Source: Felis catus (lineage: Eukaryota). From it: a stretch of DNA of 64,000 bases. Position 1 is the stretch's first letter. Each line of letters opens with the position of its first letter. The notes below the pieces were generated by a model that worked only from the letters and a program-made list of their open reading frames with translations, made no database searches and was not told where the DNA came from. Location: assembly GCF_018350175.1 (NCBI RefSeq), contig NC_058368.1, positions 145,826,001 through 145,890,000 of the forward strand, given 5' to 3'. The position numbers were made by a program, and so were the translations under genes. This document shows positions 24,740 to 36,712 of the stretch, one piece after another.

Positions 24740-25610
24740 ATTTTTTATGGCCCCAATCACACTATTCTTATTTCTCCCAAAACATGGCTAGTGTTCCTGC
24801 AACCTGGAGAACACCAGTCCTTCTCCCCATTTCTCTTTGGTCTTTTTGGAACACTTGTCTTCACTTCATCATTTATTCTCCTCCCATTCATTCCTCAGTC
24901 AACTCCAATAGACTTGTTATTTCCACCACTTTATCACAACCACTCCTGCCCAGGACTCCAAACCTCAGTGGTCTTTTCCGAGGAACGGTGTTCAGTTCCT
25001 TAGGTTTCCTCTCCCATCAGGCTACTGTTCTCCTCAGCATTACCTTCTCTATTTGGACTTTAGATATTTGAGTTGCTCAGGGATCCTCATTTTAACCATT
25101 TAAAAATATATATTGTGCAACCATTACTACTATCTGGTTCTAGAACATTTCATCACCGCAAAAGGAAACCCCATATTTACTAAGCAGTCACTCTGCATTC
25201 TCCCATCCCCTAGTCTGTGGCAGCCATTAATCTGCTCTCTGACTATATACATCTGCCTGTTCTGAGTACTTCATGTAAATAGAATCATGTAATATATGGC
25301 TTTTATGTTTGGCTTCTTTCACTTAGCATAGATTTTTGAGATTCATCCATGTTGTAGTATGTTCACATTTGTTACAACGACATTTGATGTTCTTCTTTTC
25401 CATGTTCTCCATGTCCCTATCATAATGGACTGCATTCAGTTTGTCCAACATGCTATGGGCACTCTCTCCTCCAAAATCCCCTGTTGCTGTTCCTCTTGCC
25501 TGAGGCACTCTTCCATACCTCTTCTCCTTCACCCAGTTAATGCCTACAATAACTTTATGGTCTCAGTTTAGAAATAATTTCCCCAGTAAAATCTTTCCTG
25601 ACTCCCAGTA
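24740..25610 (+). mobile_element. L2 LINE fragments, interrupted by an L1M piece
   Basis: Pyrimidine-rich L2-like sequence (CAACTCCAATAG...CCACCACT...CCTCAGTGGTCTTTT; TTGCTGTTCCTCTTGCCTGAGGCACTCTTCC...TTCCTGACTCCC). Confidence 0.55.
25100..25365 (-). mobile_element. L1MB-type 3' end fragment
   Basis: TTGTGCAACCATTACTACTATCT...AGAACATTTCATCACC...TTTCACTTAGCATA...GATTCATCCATGTTGTAG. Confidence 0.85.
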
Positions 25611-25858
25611 GGAGAAAATCCAGGTGTGTGAGGCTGCAGCTTGTATTTTGAAGGGCTCCTTTTAAGAAAAAGAAAAATCCAATTGCAAAAGTAGACACAA
25701 AATACAAGATTTTAAAGTAAGAACAAATTGAAACGCATAACTTCTATAAAAAGCTGATGTTTAACAAACATTACATAATCTGGAAAAATAATATATTTTC
25801 ATTAGTGTACCACCTGATACATTTACTTAATTTTCTCAAAAATTTTTTGGCTTAATAG

Positions 25859-25911
25859 TTTTTTGTTTTTTTTGTTTTGTTTTGTTGAGAGAGAGAGGTG
25901 GGAGGCTGGGG

Positions 25912-25968
<57 letters not shown>

Positions 25969-26092
25969 CCTAGGCAGACTCCACACTGCCAGTGCAGAGC
26001 CCGTCATGGGGCTGGAACCCATGAACCATGGGATCATGACCTGAGCCAAAATCAAAAGTTGGACTTAATCCACTGAGCCACACAGATGTCCC
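25859..26092 (-). mobile_element. Can-SINE with long (GA)n
   Basis: Reverse SINE head at 26092. TSD TTGGCTTAATAG at 25847-25858 and 26093-26104. Confidence 0.95.
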
Positions 26093-26474
26093 TTGGCTTA
26101 ATAGCTTTTAATCACTCTTTGATCATGATGAAATTTGTAGTATCACTGACTATAAGGAGAATAAAAATAAAATTCAACCTTTCCTCTAGTGTATTTGATT
26201 CAAAAAGTTTGCTTTATAATTTACTCTTAATGTCATAAGATATTAATTTTAGAATTCTCATCCAATTTGGGAAAATCTGTATCCAATTTCTTTCATATAC
26301 TATAAGACTTCTTGTGCAGTGGCTAATCTTAGACACTCTTTAAATTGGCAGTGTATACATTAACCTGTTTTTTTTTAAATGTCCTTACTGTAGTAGCATG
26401 TTAGGAGTTTTATATTAAATATATTGGAATCAAATTTTGAGTCAAAACAGCACCAAATTTAAATACTTTTCCAT

Positions 26475-26690
26475 GGGTGCCTGGGTGGCTCAGTTGGTTA
26501 AGTGTCCAACTTTTGGTTTCGGCTCAGGTCATGGCCTCACAGTTTTGTGGGTTCAAGTCCCACATCGAGCTCTGTGCTGACAGTGCAGAGCTTGTCTGGG
26601 ATTCTTTCTCTTCTCTCTCTGCCCCTCCCCTGCTCATGCTGTCTCTGTCTCTCTCAAAATAAATAAATAAATATTTAAAAGTAAATAAAT
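26475..26690 (+). mobile_element. Can-SINE
   Basis: GGGTGCCTGGGTGGCTCAGTTGGTTAAG head, (AAAT)n tail. Imperfect TSD AAATA(C/T)TTTT..CCA. Confidence 0.96.
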
Positions 26691-26918
26691 AAATATTTTT
26701 TTCCAATGTGTTCATATGATACCCTTCTCTATATTATCAATCTAAGAACCTACTCGTTACTTTATTTGAAATTTTTATCTCCCTCTTAATGACTTGCTTT
26801 TAGTATGATTTGAATTTTTTAATTAGTATTTGCTTCTTGATAATTTATATTGATTTTTTTGCTCATCTCTATCATTTTAGTTTCATATTCCATTATTTGT
26901 TTCAATATTCTTTCAATT

Positions 26919-27115
26919 ATTTTTTTTAATGTTTATTTTTGAGAGGAAAGAGAGAGCATTTGCATGGATGCACTATTAGGGGGAGGAGAAGAGAGAGAGG
27001 GAGACAGAGGATCCTAAGTGGTCTCGAGCCTGATGTGGGGCAGAACCCATGAACTGGGAGATCATGACCTCAGCTGAAGTCAGATGCGTAACTGACTGAG
27101 CCACCCAGGTTCCCC
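26919..27115 (-). mobile_element. Can-SINE with internal deletion
   Basis: GACTGAGCCACCCAGGTTCCCC head end, poly-T tail. Confidence 0.93.
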
Positions 27116-27129
27116 TCTTTTAACTCTTT

Positions 27130-27338
27130 TTTAAAAAAAAATTGTTAACGTTTATTTGTTATTGAGAGACAGAGAGACACAGAGCATGAGCAGGGGAGGG
27201 GCCGAGAGATGGAGAGACACAGAATCTGAAGCAGGCCCCATGTTCATGTCTGAACATGAGGACTTGAACTCACAAACTGCAAGATCATGACCTCAGCCGA
27301 AGTCGGGCACGCAACTGACTGAGCCACCCAGGCACCCC
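27130..27338 (-). mobile_element. Can-SINE with internal rearrangement
   Basis: GACTGAGCCACCCAGGCACCCC head end. TSD TTAACTCTTT at 27120-27129 and 27340-27349. Confidence 0.94.
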
Positions 27339-27899
27339 ATTAACTCTTTAATAAATGAAATTAAAGATGAAAAAATATAGTTCCCTTCACAAATATCTAA
27401 ATCAGGAGTCTGGGATACATTGATTTCTTTCCAAGGCATTTTTTTTTAACCACTATCTTATAGCACTCTGATGTGGAACTTAAGGGATGAGTTCACAAGT
27501 GAGGAAACTGAGTTTAAGAAACATTTCAGATCATATGTTTTGTCAGTGTAACTGAGAAAAGAGGTTGTATACTCAAGCTATTCTCTATTTTCATCCTTCC
27601 AAGGACAGACTGTCAGCGTGTTAACCACTGTCACTGTCTAGAAATTTTAAAATTATAGCGCCTATCTTATGTCCTATGAGGCTGATCTAAGATCTGAGAT
27701 GTTAACCAAAAAGTGTAAACTCTCACAGGTCATGACACAAGATGGTAAATGGGTCTAGAACAAGGTCTAGTTTTATAGTCTTCTTGTTTCATAGAAATGT
27801 ACAACATGAAGATACTGCCTAAAAAAAGCCCCAATATATTACCCAGGACTAGGGAGAACCCTTCGAGATGGAAAGAGACTTTTGAATATGTATTAACTA

Positions 27900-28126
27900 G
27901 GGGCACTTGGGTGGCTCAGTGAATTTAGCTTCCGACTTCAGCTCAGGCCATGATCTCATGGTTTGTGGGTTTGAGCCCCAAGTCGGGCTCTGTGCTGACA
28001 ACTTGGAGCCAGGAGCCTGCTTCAGATTCTGTGTCTCACTCTCTCTCTGCCTCTCCCACCCCCCCCCCCCCTTGAACTCTGTCTGTCTGTCTCTCTCAAA
28101 AATAAAGAAACATTAAAAAAATTAAA
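27900..28126 (+). mobile_element. Felid Can-SINE
   Basis: GGGGCACTTGGGTGGCTCAG head. TSD GAATATGT(A/T)TTAA(C/G)TA. Confidence 0.96.
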
Positions 28127-28411
28127 GAATATGTTTTAAGTAAAAAAAAATTTTGAAGTGTAAATCTGGATTTTTTTTCATGATTTTGGTTTTTAATCTG
28201 CATTCAAAAAATATCTTTAGGGCTAAATGAAAATTTGAGTTCTTTGATTTTTCTCAGTTAAAAGAATAATAAATTTTAGAAGAGAAAATCTTATTGAATA
28301 AAAACTAAAGAATAGTGAAAGTAAATATTACATGTGAATTTTTATTAAATATTATACATTTGTTATAATGTGGTTGGTTGATCAATGTAAAAATAGAATG
28401 AAACAGCAAAG

Positions 28412-28414
<3 letters not shown>

Positions 28415-28452
<38 letters not shown>
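28415..28452. repeat. (GA)19 microsatellite
   Basis: Direct observation. Confidence 0.95.
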
Positions 28453-28458
<6 letters not shown>

Positions 28459-28639
28459 AAATACCTTTATTCAACATACCTATGTTTCTACTCAGACTGA
28501 TACTATTGATCCTTGATGGATCCTTATGGGTTTAAAATAAATACTTTCAATTATTAAATTGTCTACTGGTATTTGGAATAGATTTCCATAGAAAGTGTAG
28601 AAAGAGAAAGCATCATCGAAATCCTTAGTGTGTATTTTC

Positions 28640-28842
28640 TTTTCTTTTTTTTAAGTTTATTTATTTTGAGAGAGACAGAGAGCGCAAGTGAGGGAGGGGC
28701 AGAGAGAGAGAATCTCAAGCAGCTTCACGCTGCCAGCGCAGAGCTCCTTGCAGGGCTTGAATTCACGAAGAAGCTGTGAGATCGTGTCCTGAGCCGAAAC
28801 CAAGAGTCAGACACTCAACTGACTGAGCCACCCAGACTCCCC
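28640..28842 (-). mobile_element. Can-SINE
   Basis: GACTGAGCCACCCAGACTCCCC head end, poly-T tail, degenerate TSD ending TATTTTCT. Confidence 0.94.
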
Positions 28843-31800
28843 TCTTCATGTATATTTTCTGAGGGACTCCTTCAGCTCAAAGGAGCTCACTGGCAATTCC
28901 TCCAGGCAGCAAGTGGCTCATAGCAAGTTCTCCAATAAAGCTCAATGAATGGATAAATACTGTATCTGTTCTGTGTTGACCCCAAGTGTTATTTTCAGGT
29001 ATACCGGAACACACACACACACTCTCAGAGGTACTTTGTGTGTACAACTCACTCTTCTTTTGATCAGATCTGTCTCCTTATCACATTTGCCATTTGTTTG
29101 AAGCCTCTGGGATCAGAAATAGAAAATCTGATCTTTCTTACCCAATCAAATGTGAGAAGATAAATATTGTGGCCTCTTGGACACTTCTGTTCCTTTAACT
29201 GTATGATAATGACACTTCTGATGGTCTAAAGTTTAAAATCTTCACACACAAGAGTATCTTAATTATGTCAGAATAAGATAGATTTTTTTTCTACTTCTTG
29301 AAAATAGCCAGAGGCAAACATACATACTGAAGGCTCTAAATCGTATGGAAACTCATTTTTCCTAATTTGCCATGGGAAGCCGAAGTACTATCACCACAAT
29401 TTAAGGGCTTTTGTGGCTGTGGGAAATTATATCTTACTAACAACAGGAATTCTACATTCCTTCAATAAGGTCACATAATATTTTAATTGAAGACTGTGCA
29501 CAGGTAGCTTATTTGAAGGTCATATCCCTGTGCTTAGTGTTTGTATTATTGTGAAATGATTTTGAGGTTCTCAGTCTGAAGAGATTTGGTCTGCATTGTA
29601 GAATGTTCTCAGACTTTAGAAAAGATTTGCATAAGTGTTCTGAACATTCAAAAGGACCCTGATGTAAATTGCCAATGAATTTATTTAGGTTACCATGAAT
29701 GGTCAGTGAATAAAAGGGAGGCTGAGTTCCAATTCAGTTAAACTCATTAAGTCAAGAAATCATGCTGTCAGGTAATCACTAATTGTTTAGCAGTGGCCAT
29801 TAGGTTAAAATAGAGCAATGTGTTTTTGTATGCTCATATGTGAACAGAGTATTAGTCTCATGGAAGTGATCAGTCTGATGAGGTATGTGCAAGAGGTGTC
29901 CTGGAAATGCCAGAAGTGTTGTGGACACGGACTAATATGTCTTTGAAGGATTGGTGGAAACTTCACAACGCTTGCCACTCTCCCGTAGGTAGAGTTACCT
30001 GTCACACACATGCAAAAAGACCTCTCTTGCATGCTTACTTAGGGAAGTTCCTTCCTCTTTTCTAACCCTCATTTAGGTGTGTAGCTTTACACACCTCCTG
30101 GCAATGTGGGACTTGGGTGAAAACATTTGGCCTGGGGGAGCCGGCTTTGTTCCCATCTGATGCCCTCAGTGAGTGCAGCAGAGGAAAGAAAGCCCTGTGT
30201 GCCATCTGTGGAAGAAGGTAGCCCCCTTTTCTGGTAGCTGTTCAACTTGAATAAAGCCTGACTTTTCTGTCCACAAATTGGCCAGAGTATTGAGGAGTTT
30301 ATTTTTCCTTCACATCTGGGGGATGCTATGCTTCCTCTCTCACCTCCTTGCCCCCATAAAATCTAGCACTTTCCAACAGGAACCAGGATGAAATCCTCTC
30401 CCTAAGTCATTGTCATTCCAGGGTCATCAATGAATATGCATCCCCAGGAGCCTGTGGTCTAGGAGCTGCCCTTGTGGCTCTGGGGGCAAGTTACCCATGA
30501 TTATGTTGGAAGATGATGGGTGGAGTGGATTGACCACAGGTAGTGTTTTGTGTTAATTCAGCAAGGAGACTCTGAGAGGCTTTACATGTATCTCACAATT
30601 ACCCTAAAATGCTGCTCAATGTAATGATGTGTTGGGAAATGGAAAATGCTGAGGGGGGTGATTTAGCAATCATATCCTGATAGTGTTCTTTCAGCAGATT
30701 ATAGGTTTCTCCCCCCACCCCGCCCTTATAGTAATATATAGAAGTAAATATAACAACTTTTCACAGCAACAACAAATTCATATTCAGATGAAAACAGGCC
30801 TTTATCAACTTTTAAACAGCTAGGGAAATTATCTGAGAAGAGACCTCTTTGAAGTGTCTTGGATGTTTTTATGGATAAACTTCCCCAGGGGGGGTGTAGA
30901 TTCTGACTATCTTCTTCTCACATACAGTTTTTGATCTTGTAAATTCACACAGGCATATATGCCTGAACCCATACTTGCTTCCATTATTTCATAATTACTT
31001 TGGAGAAGAGAAAAAGGATATAAACATGTGAATTTAATACATTTAATTTACTTTCAAGACGGTGCATTTAGATGAGAACTTACTTATCTGTTAAAGACTA
31101 TCTCCATATCTGAAAATCTATAATGCTTAAGGAGGCCAAGCTGAAATCTTCACTTGTTTGAAAGTGAACGTCTTCCAAATTTTTTCTCAGCTTTTTTAAA
31201 AAAAGAGGTTAATGTCAGAAAACTTTTTAAATGTTACATTTAAATTGCTGTACAGCTCCATTTTGTTATATATAAATTAATGATGTTTGTGAATTAAGTT
31301 TTGCCTAAAAAATAAGTGTTATTACTATTGGACAAATAATTTTCTTATTTTTAATCACCAATATGAAATTAAATGTGTGGTCAGTTGCCTGTCTGGAATC
31401 TCTAATTCAGTTTTCCTCTTTGTTTAAATCTGTTTTTAAAACCTTAAGTCATGCCAAGTAGTTTTACTTTCTTTAAATATCATTTAAAAATGTTTTTCCA
31501 TTTTTTGAAACTTGATCAAGTATATAGTAAAGGACTTTTAAATCTCTCTTTTCCTTGAAAGTTAGATAAAAGCTCTAGCGATTTCCTTCTACATTTGCTG
31601 TTGTAATTTTGTCCTGAAATCCCACAAACCACAGTATTTACTAAATCACGTTCTCAGAATAATTCATTGTTTACCAAGGCATGTAAATATGGTTTCCACA
31701 GTTAATAAGTACTATTTACTGAAGGGAACCACCATTTATACAGTACAGCAGAGTTACAAGGGATACTTTACATCAAATGAAGAAAAGTTTCTCACTAGAT

Positions 31801-31978
31801 TTTAGGTTTTTGTGATTTTTTTTTTTTTCTGGATAGTGGATGGGGAGAATTAGTGGGCGGGAGAAAGATTGTCAGTTCAATAGCTTAAATTGTGTGTAAA
31901 TAGCCAAAACATACTGTTTGAGTTGCCAAACACCCATGGGAGATTGTATTAATTAAACTAAAAATTTGTCAGCTTTCT

Positions 31979-32199
31979 TTTAAAAATTTTTTTTTTCAAC
32001 GTTTATTTATTTTTGGGACAGAGAGAGACAGAGCATGAACGGGGGAGGGGCAGAGAGAAAGGGAGACACAGAATGGGAAACAGGCTCCAGGCTCTGAGCC
32101 ATCAGCCCAGAGCCCGACGTGGGGCTCGAACTCACGGACCGCGAGATCGTGACCTGGCTGAAGTTGGACGCTTAACCGACTGTGCCACCCAGGCGCCCC
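31979..32199 (-). mobile_element. Young felid SINE (SINEC_Fc)
   Basis: CpG-rich diagnostic CTCACGGACCGCGAGATCGTGACCTGGCTGAAG. TSD TCAGCTTTCT. Confidence 0.98.
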
Positions 32200-32329
32200 A
32201 TCAGCTTTCTAAATGTAAAGTGACAACATTTCCAAATACATAGGTCATATTTAAACTTACTGATATAAAGCTACATGGTAGAATGTCCAATTTGCTCATT
32301 TTTCCTTCTCTTCCTATTAGATGAGGATG

Positions 32330-32450
32330 ATGATGATGACTGTCTACATTTATTAAACGCTTACTCTGTGTCAGGTACTGGTTAAGGGCTCTAGTTGAAT
32401 TATCAATTTATTTATTCCTCTCCAACCTATTTTTAGTCCAATAGACAGGA
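32330..32450 (-). mobile_element. MIR fragment
   Basis: ACATTTATTAAACGCTTACTCTGTGTCAGGTACTG, reverse MIR 3' end. Confidence 0.65.
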
Positions 32451-33279
32451 GTTCGGACTTGGTTGCAATCTGCATGGAAAAGAAAAAATGTCCCTGAATG
32501 TCCCTGAATGTCTAGTATCTGTGTCCCTTACCTTTTATTTTCTCTGCCCATACATAGAGCATGTCCTAGAGTTTTGTTTGAAATATTCCCTGGTTTGCTA
32601 TTTTTATTCCTTCCCAAAGTCTACTGACCAAGTAAATTGGATCACACAGGCCTGATTGCTGTTGTGCTCCTTAACCTTCTCTCCCACCTCCCACACCCAG
32701 CTCCACAGCAGTGCTGGCCCTTTTAACTGAACAAAACAGTTTTTTAATAGACTCAGCCATTAGTTAGCTTAACTTGATTGTTGTCCTAGGATAATGCTTT
32801 TCTAGCATTGTCACAGTTTGGATTTTTAAATAAGAGACTAGAAATCTCAGTTTTTTATGCGAAATCTGACATTGAAAGAATCATTCAAGAATTGAGAAAA
32901 AAAGTCGTGAAAACCAAAAAAAAAAAAAAAAAAAATGCCCTTGAGCATATCTGGGCTATAAGTATAAAGTCTCCATTTCAAATCCAATCAGAGCTTAGTT
33001 CATTGCTTATGCTTGTAGGTGTTAAAACATAACGGCTACTTTTATAATTAGAAAACCTTCAATCCCATAAATTACAAACCTCAAAAATTTAAAGAAAAGC
33101 CACAAGGGATTACAAAAGCCACTTATTCCAATAATTAAAAAATTAATTTAAGAACAATATAGGTCTCTATTATAAGATTTTTTTTTCTTACTCTGCTTCC
33201 TTAGCCATATTTCTTATTCTTTTAGTTCATTTAGGAATGGAGATTCTTTGGGAACAGCCAAGGGGTAGTTAAGAATGTA

Positions 33280-33509
33280 GGGGCGCCTGGGTGGCGCAGT
33301 CGGTTAAGCGTCCGACTTCAGCCAGGTCACGATCTCGCGGTCCGCGAGTTCGAGCCCCGCGTCAGGCTCTGGGCTGATGGCTCGGAGCCTGGAGCCTGTT
33401 TCCGATTCTGTGTCTCCCTCTCTCTCTGCCCCTCCCCCGTTCATGCTCTGTCTCTCTCTGTCCCAAAAAAAATAAATAAAAATGTTGAAAAAAAAATTAA
33501 AAAAAAAAA
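33280..33509 (+). mobile_element. Young felid SINE (SINEC_Fc)
   Basis: Nearly all CpGs intact (GGGGCGCCTGGGTGGCGCAGTCGGTTAAGCGTCCGACTTCAGCCAGGTCACGATCTCGCGG), long poly-A. TSD AAGAATG(T/C)A. Confidence 0.98.
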
Positions 33510-33863
33510 AAGAATGCAAGAGCACTAATTTTAAAGGAAAAAGCAAAAAGAATTGCAGGTTCAGTAATTTTGATTCCATTTGCTATCTGGTCCACTCAGA
33601 GAAAAGATTAGAAATAAAACTTAGCAATGCTCATAGGCATGACAGTTTGCCCCTGTGGCCTTCAGTGCCCCTTCTCTCAAATGAAGCTCTCCCCCACTCT
33701 TAGTGTCCTCTAATCTTTCTTTTGGTCAGTTGAAGTATATGTAGAGGGAGGCATTACTGATCTTTGTCAAGACTCTTACTAAGAGCCTGTTCTCTTGGAG
33801 CCTGTCATTCTTTCAGGGCCCATCTCTGACTGGAAAGACTAATGAGTGTTGAGGTTTACCTTC

Positions 33864-34235
33864 TGTCTTAGTCAGTTTGGGCTGCTGTACCAGAATATCA
33901 TACACTGGGTGGCTTGAGCAGTAAACATTTATTTCTCACAGTTCTGTAAGCTTGAAGTCTGAGACCAGGATGCCAGCATGGCTGGGTTCTTGGCGAGAGT
34001 CCTCTTCCAGGTTTATAGACTGCTGCCTTCTTGCTATATATGTACATGTCAGAGAGAGCTATGGTCCCCTCATCCCCTTATAAGGGCACCAGTTCCATCA
34101 TGTGGGCTCTACTCTCATGACCTTATCCGAACCTAATTACCTCCCAAAGACCCCACCTCCGAATACCATCACATTACTGGTTGGGGCTTCAGCGTATGGA
34201 TTATGGTGGAAGACACAAGGACTCCATCCATAGCA
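33864..34235 (-). mobile_element. MaLR solo LTR (MLT1A-type), full length
   Basis: TGTCTTAGTCAGTTTGGGCTGCT...CCATAGCA termini (TG..CA). 5-bp TSD CCTTC at 33859-33863 and 34236-34240. Confidence 0.93.
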
Positions 34236-34257
34236 CCTTCCATTGGAAAGGATTAGA

Positions 34258-34440
34258 GGGATGCCAGGGTGGCTCAGTCAGTTGAGAATCCGACTCTTCA
34301 TGTTGGCTCAGGTCATGAGCTCACTGTTGTGGGATAAGGCCTCATTCAGGCTCTACACGCTGGGTGTGGAGCCTGCTAAAGATTCTCTCTCTCCCTCTGC
34401 CCCTCCCATAATCTCTCTCCCTCGCTCTCAAAAAAATAAA
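34258..34440 (+). mobile_element. Older Can-SINE
   Basis: GGGATGCCAGGGTGGCTCAGTCAGTTGAG head, CT-rich body, A tail, ATTAGA flanks. Confidence 0.92.
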
Positions 34441-34454
34441 ATATTAGAGACTTT

Positions 34455-34640
34455 AATTGTGTCGTGAATTTGGGGAAGTTTTTCAACTTCTCTGTATCTG
34501 TTTTCTCATCTTTAGAATGGGGGTAATGATATTACCTACCTTTATAGGGTTGTCTTCAGCACTGAAGAACCTAGTCCATTTAAGATGCCCTTAGAATAAT
34601 AGGTGGCACAGGTTAGTATTTAATAAGTGTTGGCTATTAC
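34455..34640 (+). mobile_element. MIR SINE
   Basis: TTGGGGAAGTTTTTCAACTTCTCTGTATCTGTTTTCTCATCTTTAGAATGGGGGTAATGATATTACCTACC. Confidence 0.85.
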
Positions 34641-36377
34641 CCACAAACCATAGGGAGAGAATACATTCATGCAACCAGGTATCACACATCAGAGATGGCA
34701 TCTCTCTTCATCTTTTGTGTGTAGCCACGAGAGCCAAATAATTTAGGTCATGGCAAAATATTTCTTTTGGTAGAAACCTCTAAATCACTGTTTGCAATCT
34801 GGGTGGGACTGAGAAAGTGTTGTGTGTTTCACTGGCCCATTTAAGTTTATATTCACATTTATAAGCCATTAGCTCCTTCTCACAGGCTCTTGTCCAAGTC
34901 TCTATGCAGAATAATTAGGCAGGTCTTCATTAAGAGTGGCTCACTCAGAGAGCATGCATTCCAGGGCAATCATGAGAGGAGGGTGGCATAACTCTCTGGG
35001 TTGCAAGGTGGATGGGTATCCAGGCTGCAACTTCAAGGCCTCAGTGCAAACAGACCTTCTTTGCATACCTAAGGAGAGGGAGGAAGAGGGAATGAGAGAA
35101 AGAGCTGGATGTTGGAGAACACATGCTTAGTATTTGTCACCAGAAGATTTTTCCCCAGTGAAAGAACCAACAAGGCAGCTATTCATAAGTTATTTAGACG
35201 GTCTCATTAGTACCTAGAAAAAAAATGGTACTACTGATCTTCAATATCTTTGATTTCTTTGGCAATTGATTTTTGCCACTTATTATAACAGTTCTTTAAT
35301 AAGTAAAGATTTCTTCTTTAAGGCTATAACACAAATGAAGTATATTTAAAGGGACATGGATATCACTCTTCTAAAAATTTCCTGAAGAGACTCTAAAAAA
35401 TAATAACTTTCGGAAAAAGTGTTCCCTAAAACCTTAAACTTTTCAAGGACTATGCTAAATGATGCCATTCCTAATGAGGTCCAGTAAGTTCACAGATTCC
35501 ATGCAATATGCTCATTATTTTTTATCTCTGGGATACTAAAGAATAGGATTGAGGAGTTTTTTGTTTTATTTCTCTCACTTTCAAATAGATGACATTGAGG
35601 AAAGTATAATCTATAATTGAAATCACATGTCTGACACAGTTTGAAATGACTGATTAAATTGTCTTAGGTTTGGAGAAAGGTTGAGGAAGGGAGACTTTGT
35701 TCTCCAATACATAGTCTGAGTTTATGAGGCCTGTAATGGAATAAGAATGCACTGCTATCAAAATGAAGGCTTAGGGGCTGTGGAAATGTTCCAGATTAAA
35801 GAAGTCTAGAGAGATAGAGCAGCTAAGGCAATGCTAGACTAGATCCTGTCGTGGAAGGAAAAGAATGCTATAAAGGACATGATCAGGTCAATTTTGAAAC
35901 ATGGGAAAAGGATAGTAGATTAGATAAAAGTTGTATCGATAATATATATTTATAGTTCAGTTTAAAGCGTACTATGATTATATAAGAACATACCCTTGTT
36001 CTTAGGAAATATACACCAAAGTGTTTAGAGGTAAGATTCATGGTGTATGTAATTTACATTCAAATGCTATTATAAAAATATTGTACTGTTTTTATACATA
36101 AATGTATATATACACATCATAAATAAATACACATACACACATAAATACAAACATACACACATATAGTCTTAGTTCATTCAGGTTACTATAACAAAAATAC
36201 TATAAGCTGGGTGACTTATAAACAATAGAAATGCATTTTTCACAGCTCTGAAGGCTGAGAAGTCCAAGGTCATGACACCAGCAGATTTGGGTCCAAGGAG
36301 AGCTGTCTTCTCACTCTAACTTCACATTGCCTGAGGCAATGGCCAGTGGAAAGGGCAGGAGAACTCTCTCAGACCTA

Positions 36378-36712
36378 TTTTTTTAATGTTTACTTAATAT
36401 TATTATTATTTTAAATGTTTATTTATTATTTTGAGAGAGAGACAGAGCATGAGCAGGGGAGAAGCAGAGAGAGGGAGACACAGAATCTGTGGCAGGCTTC
36501 AGGCTCTGAGCTGTCAGCACAGAGCCTGATGCGGGGCTCGAACTCACAGACCGCGAGATCATGACCTGAGCCGAAGTCAGAGGCTCAACCTTCTGAGCCA
36601 CCCAGGTGCCCCTTAATGAATGTTTATTTTTGAGAGAGCATAAGCCAAGAAAGGGCAGTTGGGGGGGGGGGGCACAGAGCATCCGAAGTGAGCTCTGTGC
36701 TGATAGCAGGGA
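36378..36712 (-). mobile_element. 5'-truncated Can-SINE whose tail is split by a second SINE
   Basis: AATGTTTATTTTTGAGAGAG...CAGAGCATCCGAAGTGAGCTCTGTGCTGATAGC at 36618-36712, with the tail remnant at 36378-36398. Confidence 0.8.
36399..36612 (-). mobile_element. Felid Can-SINE, full length
   Basis: CTGAGCCACCCAGGTGCCCC head end at 36612, complete body. Confidence 0.96.

Larger units (their letters stand above)
25620..27520. mobile_element. Possible hAT-Tip100 (Zaphod/MER115-like) DNA transposon remnant hosting several SINEs
   Basis: Left end GAGGCTGCAGCTTGTA...GGGCTCCTTTTAAGAAAAAGAA and right end CAAGTGAGGAAACTGAG resemble remembered subterminal sequence. Interior is very AT-rich. Confidence 0.35.

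Noticed and set aside
32487..32512. Short tandem repeat (AATGTCCCTG)x2.6 as part of an array
   Set aside because: Only 2-3 units with no spacers, an ordinary slippage duplication. No CRISPR-like array is present in this mammalian sequence.
33280..33400. CpG island or tRNA gene
   Set aside because: The CpGs and A/B-box-like motifs belong to a young tRNA-derived SINE head, not a promoter island or cloverleaf tRNA.
33304..33579. Recurrent peptide DRERQSMNGGGAEREGDTESET (also 56044-56307) suggesting a gene family
   Set aside because: It is the antisense translation of the young felid SINE consensus.
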